From contig CAZKQD010000001.1 in assembly GCA_964554835.1 (NCBI GenBank), positions 1,220 through 40,393 of the forward strand: DNA of 39,174 nt, written 5' to 3'. Below the pieces are notes generated by a model. That model did not search any database and was not told where the DNA came from. It was given only the letters and a program-made list of their open reading frames with translations. A program made the position numbers and the translations under genes. The stretch comes from an uncultured Planctomycetia bacterium (lineage in GTDB: Bacteria > Omnitrophota > Gorgyraeia > JAGLLT01 > CAZKQD01). Below, one piece after another: positions 1-9,006 of the stretch. Position 1 is the stretch's first letter. Each line of letters begins with the position of its first letter.

Positions 1-17
1 ACTTTATACTCCTAATC

Positions 18-1619
18 TTATTTAACAATTTTTTCTTGTTGAGTTAGAATCTTTGATACCTTTTCCTTTTCAATGTATGTTGAGACTATCCCTGCTATAA
101 TCAACATAACTGTTAACAGGACAAATAAGACAATAACAGTCCTTTGATTTCTCTTTCTCCTATGAAGTTCTTCTTCTGTCATTATCTTAGGGATAGAGCC
201 TAAAAATGGTAAAGATAAACCAGATCTTGCATCTTCTGTATCTCTAAAGGAGCGATCTGCAAACTCAGCAATAAAAACACAACCTGCCCCTGAGATAAGA
301 CTCAATAGAAGAGATATAACAGTTATTAGAAGCTTTTGAGGTTTAGACGGCCTAAGAGATATTCTTCCTTTTTCTAAGAGTTCGTAATTAATCCCCCTCT
401 GCTCTAACTCTACTGCTGTCAGATGACTTTCCTCTGCTTTTAATTTTAACATCCTGTATACTTCGTTATTAAGCTGAACTTCTCTGCTTAGACGGCTATA
501 TTCTTGCTCTTGTTCAGGCAAAGACTTTAATCTTCCTTCATAAACTTCTATATGAGATTGCAACTCTTTTTTTCTATCTTGTAATTCCGTCAATTTCTCT
601 TCAACATCTTTTAGGCGTTGTTTAAACCTTTGATAAAACAGAGGATCTGTAATTATAGTTTCAGCATTAACCGTTTTTTTTATCTCCTGCTGCAATTTCT
701 CCCTTGTTTCTTCTATAGATTGCTGGACATTGTATATCTTTTCAGATTCTGGATCTTCTATTAATAGAGTATCAAGTTTAAGCTTTAATTCTTCTAACTT
801 AAGATTTAATTCTGCAACAACAGGATTTAAATCGAGCATATCTTGTGAAATTATGACTGGTTCTTCTCCAGAAAGTTGCCTGTTTATTTTCCTCGCATCT
901 TCATTCTTTGCATTTATATCCATATCCACTCTGGCTAATTCCGTCTGAAAATTAACCAGCATTTGAACATTCATATCAACTTCTTTGCCTGGCAGTTGCA
1001 AAGCATATTTTTCTCTAAATTCCTTTAATTTTTGTTCGGCTTCAGCAAGTCTCCTTTTATATAACTTAGCCTGAGACTCTGCATAATTGACTCCCACCAT
1101 AGCCTCTTCTTTTTTCTCTCTTATGGTATCCTCTATGAATATCCTCATCAAAGTATTTACAACTTCTTTAGCTTTTTGAGGACTCCTATCCTCATAATAA
1201 ATTGCAAAGACCTCCGGGGACCTCATTTTGATAGTAATCCTTTTTCTTAAATCTTTAATCATAGATTCAAAAGAAGTTAAATCACCGCCAACGCCTTCTG
1301 CTAAGTTTTCTTCTCCAATTAAAGTAAACAATCTCGGATAGCTTAATATTTCCTCTGTTAGAGTTCTTAAGCGTTCTGTCAGCGTTATTTCTCTTATGGG
1401 CACACTAACACGTTCTTCGAATGCTAAAGGGTTAATAGGCCTTTTCTCTTCAACCTTAACTAATACACCTGAACGGTAGTATCTGGGCAAGAAAAAACTT
1501 CCAAGTGAGGCAGTAAAAAATATAATCATAAATGGGATGAGGAAAAACTTCTTGCGCGAGAAGATAATAAGAAGATAATCTTTAAGGGTAACTTGCTTTT
1601 TTTGTGTATTATTTGGCAT
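18..1619 (-). CDS. Polysaccharide co-polymerase (Wzz/GumC-type chain-length determinant), no kinase domain
   Basis: N-terminal Wzz-like region with TM helix (KDYLLIIFSRKKFFLIPFMIIFFTASLGSFFLPRYYRSG). Long central coiled-coil. C-terminal GNVR-like segment plus TM (ISLRPSKPQKLLITVISLLLSLISGAG...LPFLGSIPKI). No Walker A/tyrosine-rich tail. Confidence 0.7.
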   Translation of the reverse strand: MPNNTQKKQVTLKDYLLIIFSRKKFFLIPFMIIFFTASLGSFFLPRYYRSGVLVKVEEKRPINPLAFEERVSVPIREITLTERLRTLTEEILSYPRLFTLIGEENLAEGVGGDLTSFESMIKDLRKRITIKMRSPEVFAIYYEDRSPQKAKEVVNTLMRIFIEDTIREKKEEAMVGVNYAESQAKLYKRRLAEAEQKLKEFREKYALQLPGKEVDMNVQMLVNFQTELARVDMDINAKNEDARKINRQLSGEEPVIISQDMLDLNPVVAELNLKLEELKLKLDTLLIEDPESEKIYNVQQSIEETREKLQQEIKKTVNAETIITDPLFYQRFKQRLKDVEEKLTELQDRKKELQSHIEVYEGRLKSLPEQEQEYSRLSREVQLNNEVYRMLKLKAEESHLTAVELEQRGINYELLEKGRISLRPSKPQKLLITVISLLLSLISGAGCVFIAEFADRSFRDTEDARSGLSLPFLGSIPKIMTEEELHRRKRNQRTVIVLFVLLTVMLIIAGIVSTYIEKEKVSKILTQQEKIVK

Positions 1620-1633
1620 AATCCTTGAAGTTT

Positions 1634-3124
1634 CTATTCTTGTTCAAATCTTAGGCCTTCAGGAAGTACATCCAATGTAGTTTGACTGCGCTTAATTGTG
1701 CTTCTAATATCCTTGCGAGATATAAACTCGCGGTTCTGATTGGTTAAAATATGGGGAGTGATAAAAACAATCAATTCTGTCTTAACATTCTTTATATCTT
1801 TACTTCTAAATAAGTAACCTAACAGCGGTATATTTCCTAAAAGAGGGACCTTCCTGTAGGTTTCAGCCTTGCTATCCTTCATTAAACCTCCCAGGACTAT
1901 TGTTTCTCCGTCTTTTACCATCATTGTAGTATCTGCTTGGGTGGTGTCTATAGCTAAAGCGTTACTTGCTTCGGTTACGCGCCTAGCTGTACTTACTTCA
2001 GGATGGACGGTCAAGGTGATAAAATTATCTTCGCCAATTTTGGGAGTAACAATGAGTTTTAAACCCACGTCTTTAAATTTAGTCTCCTCAGTTGTCCACC
2101 CTGTATCTGGGTCTTTAGTAGTTACAATATACGGCTCCATGCTACCTACTAATATATTTGCTTCATGATTATCAATAACAACTAATCGCGGATTAGAGAG
2201 TATCTCTGTGTCTGTATTACTCTCTAACATTTTCAATGTCATTTTATACTCGTCAGCAGTCAACGTACCTATTGCAAAAATATCGCCGCCGCCTTTGGTT
2301 AAATCCATCTGTAAATTTCCTCTAAGGGTTAAATTAGAACCCCAATCAATTCCTCTTTCATCCTTTTTATCCAGGGTCACCTGTAAAATTCTTGCCTCAA
2401 TAAAGACCTGCTGATGCTGCACATCCCATCCTTCAATAAGTTCATCAATGCCCTGTAGCATTGAAGATGCTGCTTTAACCACTATACTGTTTGTCCTATC
2501 ATCTACAAAAACTTCCCCCATATCTTCAGGAACAATCTGTAATAATTTCTCTTTTATCTCTTCAGCATCGGCATATTCTAATTTATATTTGCGGATTTCC
2601 TTTTTTTTATCTATTTTTTTTAGGACATTTTTGATCTCTTTTATTTTCTCGGGGGTATCAGTAATTATTACTTGATTACCCTTTAAGTTCAACTCAACCT
2701 TGCCTCGAGGTGATTTCATAGACATAAATGCTCTTCTTAGTGCTGTAACTTTAATATTTTGCAAGGTAAAAATTTCAGTCTTAAGAGGACAAAATCTCTG
2801 CCTCTGTTGATATTCTGAATAGGTAGAAACACTAATAACGTCACCATCTATTTTATATGTTAGATTGCTTGGCTGAAGAATCGCCTTTAAGGCTTCTTCC
2901 AAAGAGACGTTTTTAAGTTTTACAGTAACCTTGCCTATTACATCTCTGCTAACAATTAGATTCATATTGCTATCTTCAGCAATTTCAGATAATACCTTAG
3001 ATATTTCCTCATCTTTAGCCTCAATAGAAATTAAATCCGTCTCAGCGTATAAAATAGAGGAAAGTGATAAAAATGCAACAATAGATAACAATATAATAAA
3101 TTTTCTTAACATTAAGTTTCTCAT
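1634..3124 (-). CDS. Secretin family outer-membrane channel (GspD/PilQ/MshL-like)
   Basis: Signal peptide (LSIVAFLSLSSILYA). N0/STN-like domain. Two secretin_N-like repeats. C-terminal secretin domain ending VPLLGNIPLLGYLFRSKDIKNVKTELIVFITPHIL. The ATG overlaps the stop of the upstream GGDEF gene (ATGA). Confidence 0.8.
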   Translation of the reverse strand: MRNLMLRKFIILLSIVAFLSLSSILYAETDLISIEAKDEEISKVLSEIAEDSNMNLIVSRDVIGKVTVKLKNVSLEEALKAILQPSNLTYKIDGDVISVSTYSEYQQRQRFCPLKTEIFTLQNIKVTALRRAFMSMKSPRGKVELNLKGNQVIITDTPEKIKEIKNVLKKIDKKKEIRKYKLEYADAEEIKEKLLQIVPEDMGEVFVDDRTNSIVVKAASSMLQGIDELIEGWDVQHQQVFIEARILQVTLDKKDERGIDWGSNLTLRGNLQMDLTKGGGDIFAIGTLTADEYKMTLKMLESNTDTEILSNPRLVVIDNHEANILVGSMEPYIVTTKDPDTGWTTEETKFKDVGLKLIVTPKIGEDNFITLTVHPEVSTARRVTEASNALAIDTTQADTTMMVKDGETIVLGGLMKDSKAETYRKVPLLGNIPLLGYLFRSKDIKNVKTELIVFITPHILTNQNREFISRKDIRSTIKRSQTTLDVLPEGLRFEQE

Positions 3125-5130
3125 AAATCTATTAAAGATGTTTTATTTTTTCCTTCATCTTTTGCTCTATATAATGCATCATCTGCCTTTTTGATAAGCT
3201 CTTCTTTCTTCTTAGCTGAGTCAGGATATGAAGCAATACCACAACTTACTGTTAATTTTATGGGTCTATCATCAGAAGAAGTAAATTCATAATTTTTGAT
3301 AGTTTTTCTTGCTCTTTCAGCTAAATAAAATGCGCCTTCTTTATCAGTCTCAGGTAAAATTATAACAAACTCTTCTCCGCCATAACGACATATTATATCA
3401 ACCTCTCGACATGCGCCCCTCAATATCTTAGCTATCTCTTTTAAAACTTTGTCTCCAACAAGATGTCCATGTGAATCATTAACATTTTTAAATTCATCAA
3501 TATCAATTATAATTAAGGCGAGCGGCTCCTGATATCTTTGAGCTCTCATTAGTTCCCGATTTAATTCTTCCTGGAAAAACCTGTAGCAATAGAGACCTGT
3601 CAAACCGTCAGTAATTGATAGGTTTTTTATTTTTTTATGCAAAGTTGCATTATTAATAGCGCCTGATGAACTATCTGCAATGAGGGATATAATTTTTTTC
3701 TCCTCTGGACCAAAAGCATTTTCTCTTGAATGACTTACTGCAAGTAAGCCTAAATTTTTATCTTTAATATTTAAAGGCAGAGCATAAAAACTGCTCAGGA
3801 CATCGTTCTTCTTTTCTTCTTCTGAAGTTAAAATAGCAGGACCGTCTGTTCTGTTTAAGGATACTCTCTCAAGCATAACATTATAACCTGATAACTTATA
3901 ATATGCATCAACTACTCTTGATTTAAAAGCTGCTAAGTCATATTCAGTAGCAGGGTACTTAATGCTGACCATTAGCTCTGCTTCTTGTACATTATCTAAA
4001 ATCAGAAGGCCGCAGAAATGATAATCCATTGAACTCTCAATTAACTCAATTACTGCATTTATAGTCTGTTTATAGTCTAAATCTGAGTTTAGAATTTTGT
4101 TAATCTGAGAGGAAATCTCACTTTCATTTAGTTCTCTATCAAGCAAATTATTAATCTCTTTAAATATATCTCTATCATATCTTAATTTTTGGGTTTCTTT
4201 TTTTCTATTCGCAAGTTCATTAGATAGATTTGAATTCTTTGAGGCAAAATGAAGCTGATTTATGAGCAATCCCATTAAGGTTAAATCTTTCTCGTCAAAA
4301 GGTTCTTTGGAGGATTTATTATTTATATTTATAACTCCTCTTACTTTACCAATCCTTAACGGAGCGCTTAAGAAAGATTTAGTGTAATACCTATCGTTGT
4401 TTACTTTAGAAAACCTTGAATCTTTTTCTATATCACTAACTAAAACAGGATTTTCTTTGTTTGCCACCTGACCGGATATGCCCTCGCCGATCTTTATCTT
4501 AGTTTTACTAATTATATTTTCCTCTAATCCCTTAGCAGCCTTAATATAAAGATGTCCTGATTCTTCATCAATTAACATAAGAGAGCCGATTTCTGAATCT
4601 AAGATTCCAGTGAACTTAGAGAGAATTTGCTCAAATAGTTCATTTAATTCATTAACGTTTAGTCTCTTGGTATGATCGTAATGGCAGGATATATCACGAG
4701 TAATTTGATTTAATTCTTCAATCAACTTATAACTTTTAGAGGTGACAAAACTTCTTTGATGTTTAGCTAATATCTGTTTTATCTGTTGATTTATCCTATC
4801 TAAATCTTCTGATGCATCAATATAGTCAACTGTAACTTTTCTGATATTAAAAATACCCAATTTTTCTTTACCAGATTCCCCAATTACTATAATTGGTATG
4901 TCTTTATACTCTGAATCGTTCCTGAGTAATTTGCAGATATGATATGCAGGAATATCTGAAATTGATGAATCTAAAAATATAATATCGGGTTTCTCCTGAT
5001 ATACTTCATTTATACCGTTTAAACCGCCTCCGACTACAGAAATTGAGCATTTCTGCTCCTTTAACAATGGAACCATCTTTTCAGATGCGGTAGATTCACC
5101 ATCTATAAGTAGAATTTTTCTCTTACCCAC
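3121..5130 (-). CDS. Response-regulator receiver + GAF domains + GGDEF diguanylate cyclase
   Basis: N-terminal CheY-like fold (KILLIDGE...DIIFLD). GAF-like region (IGSLMLIDEESGHLYIKAAKGL...GEGISGQV). C-terminal GGDEF domain with active site RYGGEEF and an RxxD I-site five residues upstream (REVDIICRYGGEEF). GTG start preceded by AGAGGT. Confidence 0.85.
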   Translation of the reverse strand: MGKRKILLIDGESTASEKMVPLLKEQKCSISVVGGGLNGINEVYQEKPDIIFLDSSISDIPAYHICKLLRNDSEYKDIPIIVIGESGKEKLGIFNIRKVTVDYIDASEDLDRINQQIKQILAKHQRSFVTSKSYKLIEELNQITRDISCHYDHTKRLNVNELNELFEQILSKFTGILDSEIGSLMLIDEESGHLYIKAAKGLEENIISKTKIKIGEGISGQVANKENPVLVSDIEKDSRFSKVNNDRYYTKSFLSAPLRIGKVRGVININNKSSKEPFDEKDLTLMGLLINQLHFASKNSNLSNELANRKKETQKLRYDRDIFKEINNLLDRELNESEISSQINKILNSDLDYKQTINAVIELIESSMDYHFCGLLILDNVQEAELMVSIKYPATEYDLAAFKSRVVDAYYKLSGYNVMLERVSLNRTDGPAILTSEEEKKNDVLSSFYALPLNIKDKNLGLLAVSHSRENAFGPEEKKIISLIADSSSGAINNATLHKKIKNLSITDGLTGLYCYRFFQEELNRELMRAQRYQEPLALIIIDIDEFKNVNDSHGHLVGDKVLKEIAKILRGACREVDIICRYGGEEFVIILPETDKEGAFYLAERARKTIKNYEFTSSDDRPIKLTVSCGIASYPDSAKKKEELIKKADDALYRAKDEGKNKTSLIDL

Positions 5131-5250
5131 TATTTATATTACCTCTTGCGTCTTAATTAAATACAAAAAAACCTTCCCCTCTGCTTTTATCTTAAATTTA
5201 AGCAGCATCTTACATAATTACTTAAAATTGTTATAGCTATTATACAATAA

Positions 5251-5279
5251 AATATACACTACGTGTATCTTTTTGTCAA
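5251..5279 (-). promoter_or_regulatory. Sigma70-like promoter candidate for the GGDEF-secretin-PCP operon (TTGACA-17-TATATT)
   Basis: Minus strand: TTGACA at 5279..5274, 17-nt spacer, TATATT at 5256..5251, about 120 nt upstream of the GTG at 5130. Confidence 0.4.
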
Positions 5280-5308
5280 GACAGCCAAAATCTACCTTAA
5301 AAAGCAAA

Positions 5309-5366
5309 CCCTATGGCATCTTTGGGAGATAATAATTCAACAATCATCCTTCTTTATGCCATAGGG
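5309..5366 (-). terminator. 11-bp perfect inverted repeat with 36-nt loop, followed on the minus strand by TTTGCTTTTT; possible terminator or ncRNA 3' end
   Basis: CCCTATGGCAT (5309..5319) pairs with ATGCCATAGGG (5356..5366). A T-rich tract follows in the minus-strand direction. It lies about 200 nt downstream of the cysS stop. Confidence 0.3.
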
Positions 5367-5462
5367 ATTAATAGATTTATCTGTTTGATGCGTTTCTAAT
5401 ACTGAACGCTATCCTTAAATTACACTTCCAGCCATTATTAAACTATTTTAATTATACAATTC

Positions 5463-5490
5463 ACTATATCATATATTAAGAAAGTGTCAA
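5463..5490 (-). promoter_or_regulatory. Second sigma70-like promoter candidate (TTGACA-16-TATAGT) inside the cysS/GGDEF gap
   Basis: Minus strand: TTGACA at 5490..5485, 16-nt spacer, TATAGT at 5468..5463. It points toward the long inverted repeat at 5309..5366. Confidence 0.3.
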
Positions 5491-5568
5491 GAGAATAATT
5501 TTGTCTTTTTTGGGTATTTGTTTGCTCACATCTTACAAGCTTAAATGAGGGGGTTAGCGTAAAGGGGG

Positions 5569-7077
5569 TTATTTTTTCCTCCAGATAGCCTTATTCTTCT
5601 GATCCTCTAATACAATATCGATATCAGCGAGTTGTTTTCTTATTGAATCTGCTAATTCGAAGTTTTCATCCTTGCGGGCTTTCTGCCTTATTTGAATAAT
5701 TACATCCATTACCTTATTTAGCAACTCCATATCTTCTTTTTTCTCCTCTTTCTTTACCTTTTTAAATAATCCTAAAATGTGGCCTAATTCTAATAAAGTA
5801 AATTTCATAGAATTTAAAATTGTACTTTTTTTATTTAGTGGTACACTTTCATCTGAAATGAATTTATTAGCTAAATTAACTATTTCAAATAAAGATGCTA
5901 AAGCGCCCGGTGTATTAAAATCATCATCCATTGCACTTATAAAACCTTCTCTTATTTTTTCAGCTTTTTCCAGATAATCATTCAATTTATCTGCTGCTTC
6001 TACGCTATGGGAATCATTTATATCACTATCTTTTTTTTGAGTCTCTTTATTAATTTGAGCTATTTTATTAAACAGGATATAAAATCTTTCTCTTTTGCTT
6101 TTTGCCTCTTCTATTTTTTTATAACTAAAGTCTACCGGAGAGCCATAATGACTGGATAAGAAAAAAATCTTTAAGTCCTCTGAATGGTACTTTTCTAAAA
6201 TTTTGGATATAGAGATAAAATTACCCAGTGATTTTGCCATCTTTTGACCTTTAATAGTCAATAATTCATTATGCATCCAGTAATTCGCGAAAGGCTTGCC
6301 GCTGTAGCTTTCAGCCTGGGCGATTTCATTTTCATGATGCGGAAATATTAGATCCCTTCCTCCTCCATGGATATCAAAATTTTTGCCTAAATACTTCATA
6401 CTCATAACAGAACATTCAATATGCCAACCAGGCCTGCCATCTGAAAAAGGACTTCTCCATTTCGGTTCATCTTCTTTAGCCTTCTTCCAAAGAGCAAAAT
6501 CTAACGGGCCTTTCTTTTTCTCATCCACTTTTTTGCGAACACCAGAACGCAACTGCTCTAAGTTCTGATTGGATAATTTTCCATAATCCTTGAATTTCTT
6601 AACCTCAAAATAAACATCACCTTCTTCTTCGTATGCATATCCTTTATCTAATAGACCCTCTACCATCTTTATCATATCCCGAATATGCTCTGTTGCCTTT
6701 GGCTCAATATCAGCTTTCTCTATTCCCAGTACATCCATATCTTCATAGTATTTATCAATATATTTTTTTGTCAGCTCTCTAACCGCTGTCTTTAAATTTT
6801 TATCTTTTTGCTGCTTTTTCAATTCTTTTACTAAATCGCGCGCCTTATTAATTATTTTATCGTCTATGTCTGTTATATTCCGTATATATTTAACTTTATA
6901 TCCTTTATATTGAAGATATTTTCTAACAATATCAAAAATGAAAGCACCTCTTGCATGTCCTATATGACACTCATCATAAACTGTAACCCCACAAACATAC
7001 ATACCCACCTTGCCTTCTTCTATGGGTTTAAATTCTTCCTTTTTATTAGTTAATGAATTGTATATCTTCAAAACCAC
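5569..7077 (-). CDS. cysS: Cysteine--tRNA ligase
   Basis: Class I aaRS signatures HIGH (DECHIGHARG) and KMSKS (KMAKSLGN). Typical N-terminus LKIYNSLTNKKEEFKP. Confidence 0.95.
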   Translation of the reverse strand: MVLKIYNSLTNKKEEFKPIEEGKVGMYVCGVTVYDECHIGHARGAFIFDIVRKYLQYKGYKVKYIRNITDIDDKIINKARDLVKELKKQQKDKNLKTAVRELTKKYIDKYYEDMDVLGIEKADIEPKATEHIRDMIKMVEGLLDKGYAYEEEGDVYFEVKKFKDYGKLSNQNLEQLRSGVRKKVDEKKKGPLDFALWKKAKEDEPKWRSPFSDGRPGWHIECSVMSMKYLGKNFDIHGGGRDLIFPHHENEIAQAESYSGKPFANYWMHNELLTIKGQKMAKSLGNFISISKILEKYHSEDLKIFFLSSHYGSPVDFSYKKIEEAKSKRERFYILFNKIAQINKETQKKDSDINDSHSVEAADKLNDYLEKAEKIREGFISAMDDDFNTPGALASLFEIVNLANKFISDESVPLNKKSTILNSMKFTLLELGHILGLFKKVKKEEKKEDMELLNKVMDVIIQIRQKARKDENFELADSIRKQLADIDIVLEDQKNKAIWRKK

Positions 7078-7078
7078 T

Positions 7079-7810
7079 TTACTTTCGTTCTTTCTTCTTT
7101 TGTTCGTGATAGCTTTTAAGATCCTTTTCTATTACATCTATTTCATGCTGTAAGTTTTCTAATCTATCAGTTAGGGGATCGGGAAGATTCGTATGATCTA
7201 AGTTAATGCCCATAACCTTCTTGCCTTCTTTTTTAGCAATGCGTCCGGGGATTCCCACAACTGTCGAGTTGGCAGGGACATTTCTAATTACAACAGCATT
7301 AGCGCCTATATTCACATTATCACCAACTGTAATATCTCCTAAGATTTTAGCACCTGCTCCAATAACTGTGTTATTTCCTATTGTGGGATGGCGCTTGCCT
7401 CGTTCTTTGCCTGTACCACCTAATGTCACACCTTGAAATATAGTTACATTCTCGCCTATTATGGAAGTCTCCCCTATGACCACCCCCATGCCGTGGTCAA
7501 TAAAAAGCCCTTTTCTTATTTCAGCTCCGGGGTGTATCTCTATGCCCGTAATGAAGCGGGATACTTGAGAAATAAATTTAGGTAAAAAAAACACATTCAT
7601 CATATGCAGCTTATGGGCAATGCGATGTGAGATTATAGCTTGAAGCCCAGAATAAGTTAAAAGAACCTCCCAGTAGTTAGTTGCGGCGGGATCCCTCTCA
7701 AAGGCTGCTTTTATTTCTTCCTTGAAGAAAACACCTGCAATTATCAGAAAAAGAATAGGCAGGCCTATAAATAGTAATGTGAGAATCAGTAATATTTTAA
7801 AAAATAACAT
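7079..7810 (-). CDS. cysE: Serine O-acetyltransferase with an extra N-terminal hydrophobic helix
   Basis: ERDPAA, SHRIAHKL, GIEIHPGA, IDHGMGVVIGET and hexapeptide repeats align to the short Bacillus-type CysE. About 26 extra N-terminal residues (MLFFKILLILTLLFIGLPILFLIIAG). SD AGGAAGGG lies upstream of the ATG at 7810. Confidence 0.85.
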   Translation of the reverse strand: MLFFKILLILTLLFIGLPILFLIIAGVFFKEEIKAAFERDPAATNYWEVLLTYSGLQAIISHRIAHKLHMMNVFFLPKFISQVSRFITGIEIHPGAEIRKGLFIDHGMGVVIGETSIIGENVTIFQGVTLGGTGKERGKRHPTIGNNTVIGAGAKILGDITVGDNVNIGANAVVIRNVPANSTVVGIPGRIAKKEGKKVMGINLDHTNLPDPLTDRLENLQHEIDVIEKDLKSYHEQKKKERK

Positions 7811-7827
7811 AATTTATCCCTTCCTTT

Positions 7828-8301
7828 TTACTTTTTATCTACCAGCGCAATAACTTCCGCAGCTATAGATTCTCCTCTACCTATTGCGCCTTTACCTTCA
7901 GTAGTAGTGGCTTTAATGTTTAGCTGATCTTCTTTCAAATTTAATATATTAAGTAAGGATTTCTTTATGCTTTCTTTGAATGGCTGGAGTTTTGGCTCTT
8001 CAGCAAGTATTAAAGTATCAATATTTATAATCTTATATCCTTCTTTCTCGAGCATAGCTAATACTTTCTTGGTAAGTTCTATACTCGAAATATTCCTATA
8101 TTGTTCTTCTGTCTCTGGGAAGTGCTCACCTATATCTCCTTTGCCTATAGTGCCTAATAAAGCATCGCATAGCGCATGAAGTAAAACGTCTGCATCAGAG
8201 AATCCTTCAAGACCCATATAATATGGGATTTTAACTCCGCCAAGGATTAGATTCCTCCCCTCAATTAAGTTGTGAAAATCATATCCATAGCCTATTCTCA
8301 T
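7828..8301 (-). CDS. ispF: 2-C-methyl-D-erythritol 2,4-cyclodiphosphate synthase
   Basis: MRIGYGYDFH..., SDADVLLHALCDALLG, DIGEHFP motifs typical of IspF; 157 aa. Confidence 0.9.
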   Translation of the reverse strand: MRIGYGYDFHNLIEGRNLILGGVKIPYYMGLEGFSDADVLLHALCDALLGTIGKGDIGEHFPETEEQYRNISSIELTKKVLAMLEKEGYKIINIDTLILAEEPKLQPFKESIKKSLLNILNLKEDQLNIKATTTEGKGAIGRGESIAAEVIALVDKK

Positions 8302-8303
8302 AT

Positions 8304-8990
8304 CTATTTTCTCTTTTTTATTAAAGTCTTAGCCAATGATAAATCAACTGGCGTTGTAATCTTTATATTTTCATCATCACTTAGTACAATTTTAACCTTG
8401 ATGCCCAATTTCTCAACCAATGATGAATCGTCTGGAGCTTTTTTCTTACCGCAATGAGCTCTTTTGTATGCTTTAATTAAGATGTCTTTTTTAAAAGCTT
8501 GAGGGGTCTGAGCCTCCCATAGTTTTTTTCTAACTAAAGTTCTTTCAATAATATGATTTTTGGTTACCTCTTTTATAGTAGGTTTAACCGGTGTTGCCAG
8601 GATTGAAGCACCATATTTTTTGGCCTGTTTTATTAACATTTTTAGAAGTTCTTTTTTGAAAAAAGGACGAACTGCATCATGAATTACTACATATTCACAA
8701 TCACGAGGCGTATTTATCAACCCCTGATAAACAGAGGCGGATCTTATTTTTCCTCCTTTGATTATCTTTATATCTTTTTTAATATTCGTCTTTTGTATTA
8801 ATTTAGCAGCTATTTTTAAATCTTTTCTGTTAACCACTAAATTTATATTTTTTATAAAAGCAAAAGATGCAAATTTACTTAATGTATGAATAAGTATTGG
8901 TCTTGCGCCTAAATTTATATATGGTTTTCTTTTTTTTGCGGGTAACCTTTTAGATTCACCTGCAGCTACTATTATAGCTGTTACTTTCAT
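8304..8990 (-). CDS. ispD: 2-C-methyl-D-erythritol 4-phosphate cytidylyltransferase
   Basis: N-terminal AIIVAAGESKRL nucleotide-binding loop, VVIHDAVRPF motif, 228 aa, immediately upstream of ispF. Confidence 0.9.
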   Translation of the reverse strand: MKVTAIIVAAGESKRLPAKKRKPYINLGARPILIHTLSKFASFAFIKNINLVVNRKDLKIAAKLIQKTNIKKDIKIIKGGKIRSASVYQGLINTPRDCEYVVIHDAVRPFFKKELLKMLIKQAKKYGASILATPVKPTIKEVTKNHIIERTLVRKKLWEAQTPQAFKKDILIKAYKRAHCGKKKAPDDSSLVEKLGIKVKIVLSDDENIKITTPVDLSLAKTLIKKRK

Positions 8991-9006
8991 TTCAAATATT
9001 CTTTAG

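Noticed and set aside
5131-5568. c-di-GMP riboswitch (GEMM) or T-box leader in the large gap next to the GGDEF gene and cysS.
   Set aside because: The only GCAAACC-like string is on the wrong strand for the GGDEF gene. No T-box specifier or antiterminator features were seen, and the gap is downstream rather than upstream of cysS. An Infernal scan would be needed to exclude these formally.
5543-5571. AATGAG followed by a direct repeat AGGGGGTTA x2 (15-nt period) at the cysS stop, reminiscent of the AATGAGC / GGGGTTAATT flanks of the hairpin repeat family.
   Set aside because: The similarity is limited to short G-rich and AATGAG strings, and the characteristic ATTTAC/GTAAAT hairpin is absent. 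This is insufficient to call it a degenerate copy.
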